From NCBI RefSeq assembly GCF_004010195.1, contig NC_057754.1, positions 11,997,609 to 12,031,609 of the forward strand: 34,001 nt of DNA, written 5' to 3'. The first letter of the stretch is position 1, and each line of letters opens with the position of its first letter. Made by a program: the position numbers and the translations under genes. Positions 21,240 through 32,406 of the stretch are shown here, piece after piece. The notes below the pieces were generated by a model. The model was given only the letters and a program-made list of their open reading frames with translations, did no database searches and was not told the DNA's origin. Origin of the DNA: Chiloscyllium plagiosum (lineage: Eukaryota).

Positions 21240-21515
21240 ATATCGTTCATTGCTAAAGGAATGGAGTTTACAAATAGAGACGTAACATTGCACCTGAGCC
21301 CAGGCCTGGAGTACTGCGTAAAGTTTTGATCTCCTTACTTGAAATGTAATGTACTGGCGCTGGAGTGGGTGCAGATGACGCTCACTAGGTTGATTCAGAA
21401 TTTGAGGCATTTGTCGAATGAGAAGAAATTGTGTAGACTGACACTATGCTTACTGAAATTAGGAAGAATGGGGACGGGGGAACGGGGGAATGTCATGTAG
21501 AAAAATACAAATATA
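21240..21515 (+). mobile_element. CR1 3' fragment, left half (split by the Gypsy)
   Basis: 'FIAKGMEFTNR', 'LEYCVKF*SPYL'. It joins 29982 to restore 'KYKYM|KGIDKIEAG'. Confidence 0.75.
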
Positions 21516-22146
21516 TGTAGGTGTCTAGTGTACTCTTAAGAGAGGGTAAAAGCTGAGCCTGGTGGGAGACAAATAGCTCGGCGGCGTTGCTGTGTTCCAC
21601 AGCAATTGTAATTTAGCTAATCAGTTTAAATTATGCCACAAGATACTAAAACCTGGGCGAATTTGACTTTTACTGTTTTGACGAAATTCAACCCTCGATG
21701 GTTTGGGTATAAAAATAGGACATTATGAATAGTTAACCAAAGAGACAAATAAAACATACTGCTATCGATGACCGCAGACCCTCTCTATAAAAGGTACTTT
21801 CAGTATGAAAACTCTGTGCAGCGAAAGACAGAAGGCGAAGCAAGGAAGATACAGAGGAGAATCGACACAGCTCGCTGGTTCTGAAATTTGATTTACTTTT
21901 TTTAAATTTCAACGGGGCATTATCAAATAATGCTATAGAGTGGGAGTTGGAAAAATCGTTAAGGCAAAGTAGGCTTAGAGTGTAGATAGTTGTTTAATAC
22001 GCTCTTTTGGAGTTGAAGAATTAAGGGTTTGTTTTTGCTTTAAATGGTAGTTCTCTACACTCAAAATTTAACAGTTTTCGAGACGAGGTGAGCTTTTATG
22101 TGGGTCTAATTTAAGTCAACATAAGTGTTTACCCAGTATGTGTACT
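21516..22146 (+). repeat. 5' LTR
   Basis: Shares blocks with 29257-29981 (ttaagagag.gt.aaagctg; aatcagtttaaat.atgccac; gatacagagga; tatagagtggg). Confidence 0.75.
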
Positions 22147-22339
22147 CGAGTCGTTGATTTAGACAGGTTTAGTCATATCCAGTCTGATATTTAAACAGAT
22201 CTGAATGGATTTAACGTGCGAAAGATCCCAGCAGATTTAAACACTTGCTGATTAGTGTCCCAGATCATTAAGTAAAACGTAGGTGAAACAATTTCTTTAA
22301 TTTCAGTTGCTAGTAGTTAATTAAAATAAAAGTGTGAAA

Positions 22340-23900
22340 ATGGCTCTTAATATTTCTGAAGAGGTTCTCGGGTGTGAAGATGATTCCCAAATTTGTGAAG
22401 AAAGTTTAGAAAGAAGAGAAAATACCCTACTCTCAGAAATTGTGAAGCGGTTAGATTTGGGTTTAACCAGGGAGAAAAGGAAAGCTGAAATTGTAAGGGA
22501 GTTACTCAAAAACTTATTTGTGTCAGAGAAACAGACAAGAGTTAGAAAATTTAGTTAGAAAAACCTACGTTGGAGCGGAGGAAAATGAAATTTGAAGCTA
22601 AACAAAATGGGAGAGAAAAAGAAAGGGGGAAAAGAAAGGGTGGGACGGTGGCACAATGGTTGGCACTGATGTCTTACAGCGCCACAGATCCGGGTTCAAT
22701 TCCCGCCTCAGGCGACTGACTGTGTGGCGTTTACACATTCTCCCCGTGTCTGCGTGGGTTTCTTCCGTGTGCTCCGGTTTCCTCCCACTGTCCAAAAATG
22801 TGCAGGTTAGGTGAATTGGCAATGCTAAATTGCCCGGAGTGTTAGTTGCAGGGGTAACTGTAGGGGAATGGGTCTAGATGGGTTGCTCTTCGGAGGGTCA
22901 GTGTGGACTTGTTGGGCCAAAGGTCCTGTTTCCACACTGTAAATAATCTGTAAATAAAGAGTGTGAAAAGAAAGATAGAGCGGAAAAGAAAGTGCGAGAA
23001 GGTTCTTAGCTGAGCAAAGAGAAAGGGAGAGCGAAGGAAGGGAGATTGAAGGAAGGGAGAGAGAAAGTGAGAAAAGAAAGGAGAAGTGGTGAGGGAATTT
23101 GAACTTCAGAAATTGCAACTTAATCAAGGAAGTCAAATTAACATGATGGAGATGAACAGAAAAGATAGTGATGCAAGCAAAGATGCTAATAAGACTGTCA
23201 TATTTTGTTGGGAAAGATGTTGAGGCCTTCTTTTATCACATGAGAAATTGGCAGAGGACTTGTGGGTAATGGTAGTTTACCCTAAACTGGCAGGCAATGC
23301 TCGTGAGGTGTTTGTAGTGCTGTTAGATGAGGTGTGAAAAGATGGTGAAGAGGTCAAACAGGCTATTTGAAGTGCTTATGAACTGGTAATAGAAGCGTAT
23401 AGACAGCATTTCGTAGACAGAAGGAAGGAACAAGGTCAGACTTCTGTTCAGTTCGAAAGAACTAAACACCATCCTATTGATAAGTGGGCATCTTAACAAT
23501 AGGTAAGACCTAAAAGGCTCCGAGAGAGATTATTCTGCTGGAAGAGCTTAAAACTCACTTCCAGAGATGTTTCGAATTAACGTGAATGAACAGCAAGTTC
23601 AGAAAGTGAGAAGAGCAGCAACGATGGTGGATGAATACTCGTTGATGCACAAGACAAGGTTCAGCTTTCACAAGAATTTCGTCCTCGGATGGATAGAAGT
23701 TGAGATAAAGGGGATTCGACACGACGAAGTAAACAACAGAGAGCACTGGTAAATGTTTACCACAGATTAATAAGGAAGCCCAAAAGGCAGATAATGTGGT
23801 GGAAGGTCTCAGGTATTTCCACTGTGGTAAAGCAGAACACGCAATGTTCCAGCACCGATCAGAAAATAACTTATCTGTGGGAAAAGATGTGGGAAAAGAA
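22340..23900 (+). pseudogene. Gypsy gag (coiled coil, SCAN-like capsid, degenerate CCHC)
   Basis: 'MALNISEEVLG', 'KDVEAFF', 'PKLAGNAREVF', 'VKQAI*SAYELVIEAYRQHF', 'REIILLEELKNSLP' and 'YFHCGKAEH'. Confidence 0.82.
22638..22950 (+). mobile_element. HE1 SINE inserted in gag
   Basis: cggtggcacaatggttggcactg...ggttcaattcccgcctcaggcgac...aggttaggtgaattggcaatgctaaattgccc. Confidence 0.92.
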
Positions 23901-24074
23901 GCTAAGCCAGTGGCATCAGTGAAAGTCGTAAAGGAAACCCCAACAAATTTCGAGGAGCTGCGCAAGAGGACAGATCATAGGCAGGGCCTTGGTATGGAGT
24001 TAATGCCTAATCTCTCTAAAGGATTTGTCTCTGTAGGTAAAGTTTACTCAGAACGAACAGGGGGAAAAGGATAA

Positions 24075-25810
24075 TAGTTAGAATTTTGAGAATTACAGGA
24101 TATAATCAGTCTCTAATATTAAGTTTGAGAACGCATTTGCATTTTCCTGACCTCGTACCATAGAGGGTGGTAATTTGTGCAACAGATGGACGGACATTTA
24201 GCGTTCCTCTATGTAAGATCAGGATCGATTGCCAATTCACGACTGGAGATGTAACGGTGGCATTGATTGGCAGAGTGTCAGTTTCAGGAATTCGGTTTGT
24301 TCTTGGGAGCGATATAGCAGGTTCCACAGTGAGAGTAACACCTCTTGTTGTGGAGAAGGCCAAGGAAGATCAGGGAACTGAATTTGACAAAAAATCTCCT
24401 GTTATTTTTCGAGACTATGTAGGAATAAGATCCCACCATCATAAGTCACAGTACGACGCAAAAACTAAAGACAAACATAAAGGAGTTGACGTTCAGTCAG
24501 TGGACATTGTCTTTGACATAATGTTGCAGGAAAAAACTGAGGAGAAGAGGGTCAGACAGAAGTGTTTAACCCTGAATGGCGAAGAGAATTGCTACAGAAA
24601 GATCAAGACAATAAAACATGCATATGTTGATGCGTAAACAGAATGGAGGCACAGAATATTCCTGAGAGTTATTATTTGAAAGTTAAAATCCTAAGACGGA
24701 AATGGAGACCATGACGGTTTGGTGCATCGGAGAAATGGGCTGAAGTGTATTAGATTGTGTTGCTGGTGGCATACAGGGAGGAAGTGTTGCAGGTTGTACA
24801 GAAACAATCTGACAGAGGTCACCTAGGTGTGTAAAAAATTAAGGACAAATTATAAAAAAAAAATACATTTCTATTGGCCTGGAATGCACAATGATGTGGT
24901 TTAGTTTTGATGTACGTGTCATATATGCCACATGCTGCAGTAACAAAGCCAGCACATTTGATGACAAATCCTGCATTTGAAGAACCATTCATGAGGGTTA
25001 TTGAAATTATAGGGCAACTGACGAGAACAAAAAATATGTGAACTAGTACTTGCTAACCATAATGGATGTTTCTACCAGAATTCTGTAGGAAATTCCATTA
25101 CAAAGCATTAAGGCAAAAAGTGTGTTAGAGGAGTTAGTAGCTTCCTTCACGCGGTATGTGCTACCCAGAGTGATACCGTCATACCAAGGATCCAGCTTAA
25201 CTGCTATGCTGTGTAAGGAAGGCATGGATAGCTTAGGTAGACAGCACTGTAAATCAAGTGTGTACCATCCTGAATCCCAGCCTTCTTTTGAAAGGTGGCA
25301 TCAGACCTTGAAGTTCTTGTTGGGAAAATACTTTCAGGATTACAAAAATGATTGGCATAAAGGTATCCTATTCATATTATTTGTCATGAGAAATGCCTGA
25401 AACTAATCTACTCAGCATACTCCCTTTGAATTAATATTCAGATGTGAAGAAAGAGGCCATTAAAATTCATTAAAGAGAAATTGGCAGGACCAAAGTCGGA
25501 GATCTCACACTTGGATTATGGATTGAAGGTGAGGGAAAGATTAAACCAAGTAGGAGAGTTAGCTCAGCAGCACCCAAAGAGGACACAGCATAGAATGAAG
25601 CAGGTGACAGGTAAACATTCTGAGATTCGAACGTTTTTGCGTGGGGATGACTTATTGGTATTGTCATCAGTGATAGGTGATCCCTTCAAAGCCATAGTTA
25701 GTGTCTCCAATAAAATCGAGGAACGGTTATGTCAGGTGATCTGTCTGGCAAAGATGCCAGTTAGTTAAAAAGAATTGTATCCGGTATGGCATGTGAATAT
25801 GTTGAAACCT
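24075..25810 (+). pseudogene. Gypsy protease plus integrase, disrupted
   Basis: PR 'ILRITGYNQSLI' (DTG decayed). INT 'GHLGV', 'FYWPGMHNDV..F*CTCHIC', 'YLLTIMDVSTR', 'IPSYQGS' and 'YHPESQ..FERWHQTLK'. Confidence 0.85.
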
Positions 25811-25995
25811 TACATTAAAGGGATATGGAACTTTTAAATCAGATGTTAGTTACTCCCCCACGGTGTGAGGAATCAAATCCAGATGAGAGGAATTTTATGT
25901 GCCTCAAATAGGTTAAACAATAAAGAAGTCTTTGAGAAGTGGGATACGCTTGTGAACTATCAACCTCAGGAGCAAGGATCGTAGTTGAAAGATTT

Positions 25996-27799
25996 AGAAC
26001 ATTACAGCGCAGTCCATGCCCTTCGGCCCTGGATGTGGCACCGACCTTTGGAACCAGTCTGAAGCCCATCTATCCTACACTATTCCATTTTCATCCATAT
26101 GTTTATCCAATGAAATTTGAATGTCCTCTAAATTTGGGGAGTCTAATACTGTCGCAGGTAGTGCATTCCACGGCCCTAAAACTCTCTGAGTAATAAAAAT
26201 TACCTCTGACATTTGTCCTATATCTATCACCACTCAATATAAAGCTCTGTCCTTTCATGCTAGCCATCCCATCGAGGAAAAAGGCTCTCACTGTCCAACC
26301 TATGTAATTCTCTGATTATCTGGTGTCTCTCAGTTAGGTCACCACTGAAGCTTCTTTCTAACGAAAACAACTTCAAGTCTCTCAGTCCTTCCACATTAGA
26401 TCTACGCTCCATAACAATCAACATCCTAGCGAATCTCCGCTGAACCCTCTCCAAAGCTTCCACATCCTTCCTGTGATGTGGGGATGAGAACTGTATGCAA
26501 AGATCCAAGTGAGTCCGCACCAGTGTTTTGTACAGCTGCAGCATGATCTCCTGGCTCTTAAACACAATCCCTCGACCAATAAAAGCTAACACACTGTGTG
26601 CATTCTTAATATCCCTATCAAACTGGATGGCAACTTTCAGGGATCTATGTATATGGACGCCGAGATGTCGCTGCTCATCTACACTATGAATCTTACCATT
26701 AACCCAATAACCTTTATTCCTGTTGTTCCTTCCAAAGTGAAACACCTCACACTTTTCTGCATTAAACTCAATTGGCACCTCTCAGCACAGCTCTGCAGCT
26801 TATTTATGTCCCTTTGTAACCTGCCACATGCTTCAGCAGTATCCACAACTCCACTGACCTGAGTGTCATCCGCAAATCTACTAACCAATCCTTCCACGCC
26901 CCTAAGTCATTTATAAAAATGAGAAACAGCACTGGATCCAAAACAGATCCTTGCGACACACCACTGATAACTGATAACTAAATTCCACGAAAAACGTCTC
27001 CCATCAATCACCAACATCTGTCTTCTTTCAGCCAGCAAACCTCTGATAAAACGGTTAATTCATTCTCAATACTATGCCTCTGCATTTTGTACAATCGCTT
27101 ACCATGGGGAAATGTATCAAACGCTTTGCTGTAATCCATATACACCGCATCACCCATTTACCCTCATCGACCTGTTTGGTCACCATCTCAAAGAACTCAA
27201 TACTTTTTTGGGAAGAACGTCCTATCCTTCACAAAACCGTGTTGACAATCCCTCATCATATTTTTCTCTCTAGATGATTATGAATCTTATCTCTCATAAC
27301 TTTTTCCATCACTTTACCCAAAACCGAAATAAGGCTCGCTGGTCCACAATTACCAGGGTTGTCTCAACTCACCTTCTTCCTCTTGACAATACAGGCAACT
27401 TCTTTAGTAAACCACGGATCTCTCGTTCAACCACTTCCTCCTTACCTGACTTGAACATACTTACCAAGGGCATGCAAGAGGTGTTCCTTGAGTAAGCTCC
27501 ACATCTCAATTGTGCCCATCCCCTGTAGTTTACTACCACATCCTCTGAATTCTAAATCTTGCCTAATCGCATCACAATTGACTTTCCTCCAGCAATAACA
27601 CTTGCCCTACGTTATTTATCTTTCTCTTTCCATCGCTAAAGGAAACATAACCGAATTGTGGTCAGTATCATCAAAGTGTTCACCTACCTCCAAATCTAAC
27701 ACCTGGCCAGGTTCATTAATCAGGATCAAATCCAATGTGGCTTGGACACTTGTTGGCTTGTCTACATACTGAGTCAGGAAATCATCCTGCACACAAAAC
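25996..27799 (-). mobile_element. CR1 LINE (5'-truncated, internal deletions) nested between Gypsy INT and RT
   Basis: Minus strand 'CVQDDFLTQYVDKPT...DHNSV', 'SRFADDTQVSG' and 'FNAEKCEVFHFG', with an agaacattacagcg tail. Confidence 0.92.
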
Positions 27800-29090
27800 A
27801 TGTTTATTACAGAATTATGAGGACATGTGCAGTAATACTTTGGTGAGGACTAATGCTATTGTGCATAGGATATATGTAGGCAATGCTGTTCCGATAAAAC
27901 AAAGCCCTTGGAGGCTTAATCCTTCCAAAGCCACACAGGTACAGAAGGCAATAGTGGCAATGCTCAACGAAGATATAATTAAAATGATTCAGAGCGAGTG
28001 GGGTTCGCTAATCCTCTCAGTTCCCGAACCTGACGGACTCAACAATTTTGCATGGACTATCGGAAGGTCAACTCTGAAAAGAAATTGGACTCAGACTCAA
28101 TCCTGAAATTAGTGGACTGCATCGAGAATGTTGGACAAGCCAGGTCCATCACACAATTGGACTTAGTCCGTGGTTATTGGCAGGTACCTTTATTGGAGGA
28201 AGCGAAAGAGGTTCCTGCGTTTCTAAACCCAAATGGGTTATATCAATTCAAAGTGATGTCCTTTGAAATGAAGAACGCACCCGCCACAGTCCAACTGGGT
28301 GAACACAGTGTGCAGTCTACCTGGACGGGGATTAAATGATCTTGATTGAGTTCTGGAAAGATCACATGATACAGTTGGCATGTCTCTTTCAACGATTAAG
28401 AGAAGCAAAACCGGTAATAAACTTACAGAAAACAGAATTCGCGAAAGCGGACGTGACATTTTTTGACATAACATCGGTCATGGAAGGTTGATCCCAAGGA
28501 ATGCAAAGATGAAGACCATCAAGGAATTTCCACGATCAACCTCGAAGAAAGTTTCTTCGATTTTTGCAACTAAACAGATTCTCTCAGACGTTTGTTCCAA
28601 ACTTCAGCAGCATCGTGGCACCATTAACATATTTGCGAGCGAAGAACATTGAATTTCGATGGAAAAAACAATGCCAGGAGGCATTTGACAATTTAAAAGC
28701 AGTATTAGCCACTCCACCAGTTCTACCTACGCCAAACTTTTTGAAACCCTTGAAACTCACTTATAACATAGCGATTGAATCTGTACTGCTGCAGGAAGAT
28801 GATGATTGAATTGAATTGTCAGTTGGTTACTTTTCAAAGAAACTCAATACTCACTAAAGAAAATACTCTACGATAGAAAGTTATTGTGTTTTGTATTGGC
28901 CTTACAACACGTTTATTTAAACGTCATGAACAATGTGGCGAATCACAAACCTCTTACCTTCTTAGCACTACTTAAAGTCGAAAAACTGAGACTATTTCAC
29001 TGGAGTCTTATGTCGCAGATTTTAAATTTACAAGTCATAAATGTTGCGGATCGTAAGAATGGAATATCAGATGTGTTATCACTGATTTGA
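27800..29090 (+). pseudogene. Gypsy RT plus RNase H, disrupted
   Basis: 'PIKQSPWRLNP', 'DYRKVN', 'LDLVRGYWQVPL', 'GLYQFKVMSF.MKNAPAT', 'YLDG' (YxDD decayed), 'GYFSKKLN' and 'HKPLTFL'. Confidence 0.9.
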
Positions 29091-29256
29091 CTGATAAAGT
29101 TTGGAGGAGATGAATAGAAATGTATGTGGGCAGAGTTAACATGAATTTAGATAAATGTCCTATGTATGTCACGGCAACATTGCTTAGAAATAGAAACAGA
29201 ATGAAACCATCTTATCATTATGATGTTTCATTTTTGTTTTCCTTAAAGGGGAACGG

Positions 29257-29981
29257 TTCTGAAGGTATCAGCGTGTATTGCACCTTTAAGAGAGAGTGAA
29301 AGCTGGCAAGCAACTAGAAGGCACATAGTGTGCTAAAAACTCGAAAAACGTAAGATTTGACTGTGAAACAAATAGTTGACCTGTATTGCTACGTTCCACA
29401 ACAATTCCAATTTTGACAATCAGTTTAAATATGCCACGAGTTACTAAAACATTCTAAATTGAATTTTACTGTTTTAACAGTATCAAACCAATGAGACGGT
29501 CTGATATTTTTGGCTGTAAACATCAAGTATTTTGAACAGTTAGCCAGAGAGACAAGGGTCACCTGCTGTGATCGATAGGCTGCCCACCGACCTTCTCCCG
29601 AAAAATTATCTTCTCACAGAGGCAATCTGTGCAGCAGAAGACTGAAGACATACCCAGGACGATACAGAGGAACTCGATAGTTTGGTGGTTTTGAAAATTG
29701 ATTGTATTGTAAATTTAATTGACACGTCGTTGGATCAGTCGTTGTATATTGTTATAGAGTGGGTGGTAGGTAACTCTTTCAGACGAAGGAGGCTAACAGA
29801 GTGGCCAGTTGTTGTTGTTTAATGTTCTCGTTTGGAATTAAACGATAAAGTGTTTTTTAACGTTATATAGTGGAATTTGGGTAGTTCTCTGTCACATATG
29901 CTACAGCAGAGTACGAGGTGATGATAGCATTTTCGTGGGTCTGCTTTAAATTAGCAGAAGGGTTTAATCTGTATCGTTGCA
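29257..29981 (+). repeat. 3' LTR preceded by a polypurine tract (aaaggggaa, ~29245)
   Basis: Similar to the 5' LTR and ends ...tcgttgca. Confidence 0.75.
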
Positions 29982-30340
29982 GAAGGGAATAGACAAGATA
30001 GAAGCAGGGAGGTTGTGTCCACTGGCGGATAAAAGAAAAGCTGGGGCCTTGCCTGAAATAAAAGAGGAGCAGAATTAGGACTGATTTGAGGAGGAACTTC
30101 TTCATACAACGGTTTATGCATCTTTGCAATTCTCTGCTCAGTGAAGCAGTTGAGGCGATCTCGTTGAATGTTTAAAGGCAAGAATAGATCGATTTTTGAA
30201 CAGCACAAGAAAGAAAGATGATGGTGAGTGGGTGGATAACTGGAATTGAGTCCAAGAAAAGAGCAGGCCTGATCTTACTGAATGGTGGAGCAGGCTTGAG
30301 GTGCCAGATGGGATATATCTGATCCAATTTCTTCTGATTG
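29982..30340 (+). mobile_element. CR1 3' end, right half
   Basis: 'KGIDKIEAGR', 'RTDLRRNFFIQR...NSL' and a 3' UTR gatcttactgaatggtggagcaggcttgagg. Confidence 0.8.
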
Positions 30341-31384
30341 TTTGTATTGGATTAATCCTCTTGTATTTTTGTGCAAAGTGATATTTGATCTGAGCATAGG
30401 GAGAGATTCCCGTTATGAGGCTGAGTGAATCGCACTATAATTCACCACATTAATTGGTGTTCAAGTCCTCACAGTCAGAATCACGTTAATTCCCCTACTT
30501 CTTACTGCACAACACTCCCAGACCAAGTCTCCAGTCTCCAGAGATTCTGTAATTAACAAACATCCTAGTAAACATTGTCAAACTTGAAAGTCCATTATGG
30601 ACCTGGAGGCATTCAGTCCGTGTGAACTACCCTGCACAGCTCCGATATTGAGCCTGTACGTGGTAGGCGGGGTGTAATTACTGCCCATCCCAAGTCCTCA
30701 ATGTGGGCATTCACATGGAGTTGCTCCTGGGTGGGGAGGGTCACCAGCATGACTTCCCCTTACCCCAGGACCAGGAGTGCAGGCCATGACACCAGACCAT
30801 GACTGCCTGCCCTGAAGTTGACCCCGAGGTTAGAGCAGTCTCAGCCCTCTAGATGAATGTATAGCATTGATGGGATATCATTGTTATTCTCCACTCCACC
30901 AGTGTCAGGGGAGGCCGAGGGATAATATCACCACTCCCTTTCAGAGTAACAAGCAAGAGGCAGCGAGATTATTTTTCACATCAAGTTCGGCCTCAGGAAA
31001 TACTCCCTGTTGAAACTTAACTGACTGAAGTTCTGAAATGAACTGCAGAATGAGAGAGCTGACCACGCCCCTTAGAAATGCCTTTTTTAAAGACACTGAA
31101 GTCTTAAGTTGGAGGCATTATCAGTTGGGTAAACAGAAAGCCCCAATGGACCATTCAAATTTCAATCACAATGGAACCTGGCTAATTACCACCATCAACA
31201 CCACCCGCATCGCCCCCACTCCTCCCCTCAACCCCCAGAAAAACAAATTAAGGATATCGTAACTTTCTAACAGTACCAGTACTGGCACACTGAAAAACAG
31301 GCCAGAGGCATGAGGTAACGCAGCAACCTGTGGGTTATGAGCAGCCGTTGAATTGAATATGATGGAAATCCCTCCCTTCTCAGA

Positions 31385-31460
31385 TACAGAAGCACAACAA
31401 ACACAATGTACTCCAGGACTCCTCTCAGTAAGACTTTGTACAGCTGCAGGAGCAATTAGA
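31385..31460 (-). mobile_element. Small CR1 fragment
   Basis: Minus strand 'LLLQLYKVLLRGVLEYIV'. Confidence 0.55.
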
Positions 31461-31477
31461 ATCGGATAATCCCCATA

Positions 31478-31778
31478 TTACAGAAACAGACTATTTGTCT
31501 CAAGAAACTCACACTGAACCTTTGAGGAGCATCCACCCAGACCCATCCCTCGATATTGCCATGCATTTCCCGTGCCTAACCTACACATCCATGAACACCA
31601 TGTGCAACTTAGGATGGCCAGTCCAGTTACCTTGCACATCCTTCGAATGTGGGAGGTAACTTGGACATCCAGCAGAAATCCACGCAGACATCGGGAAAAT
31701 AGGCAAGCTCTGCACAGCCAGGTCTCTAACACTGTCGGTCAGCAGTCTTAATCACTAAGCCACTATGCCACACTATGT
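31478..31778 (-). mobile_element. Old HE1-like SINE
   Basis: caacttaggatggccagtcca...ttgcacatcctt...tgtgggagg...ccacgcagaca...accactaagccact-like head. Confidence 0.7.
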
Positions 31779-31906
31779 GTTCAATACTTCCATTTGTAAA
31801 ATGTTCCAATATTCCAGTTTTGCAACTCTTCAAATGGTGAGAGACTAGTGTGGGCTGAATGGCAACCTCCTGTCCCTTTGGAAGAGATATATGGGGACAG
31901 AATTCC

Positions 31907-32406
31907 NNNNNNNNNNNNNNNNNNNNNNNNNNNNNNNNNNNNNNNNNNNNNNNNNNNNNNNNNNNNNNNNNNNNNNNNNNNNNNNNNNNNNNNNNNNNNN
32001 NNNNNNNNNNNNNNNNNNNNNNNNNNNNNNNNNNNNNNNNNNNNNNNNNNNNNNNNNNNNNNNNNNNNNNNNNNNNNNNNNNNNNNNNNNNNNNNNNNNN
32101 NNNNNNNNNNNNNNNNNNNNNNNNNNNNNNNNNNNNNNNNNNNNNNNNNNNNNNNNNNNNNNNNNNNNNNNNNNNNNNNNNNNNNNNNNNNNNNNNNNNN
32201 NNNNNNNNNNNNNNNNNNNNNNNNNNNNNNNNNNNNNNNNNNNNNNNNNNNNNNNNNNNNNNNNNNNNNNNNNNNNNNNNNNNNNNNNNNNNNNNNNNNN
32301 NNNNNNNNNNNNNNNNNNNNNNNNNNNNNNNNNNNNNNNNNNNNNNNNNNNNNNNNNNNNNNNNNNNNNNNNNNNNNNNNNNNNNNNNNNNNNNNNNNNN
32401 NNNNNN
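31907..32406. other. Assembly gap (500 N)
   Basis: Direct read. Confidence 1.

Larger units (their letters stand above)
21516..29981 (+). mobile_element. Complete decayed Gmr1-like Gypsy LTR retrotransposon (LTR-gag-PR-INT-RT-RH-LTR)
   Basis: Two related terminal repeats, all domains recognisable, integrase upstream of RT, and a flanking CR1 that is continuous across the insertion. Confidence 0.88.

Noticed and set aside
21005..21256. Strong splice acceptor followed by an open frame, a possible host exon
   Set aside because: The peptide DIVILTES...DRP is a LINE APE endonuclease fragment.
22340..23900. Domesticated SCAN/gag host gene
   Set aside because: Multiple stops, frameshifts and a SINE insertion, still inside the LTR element.
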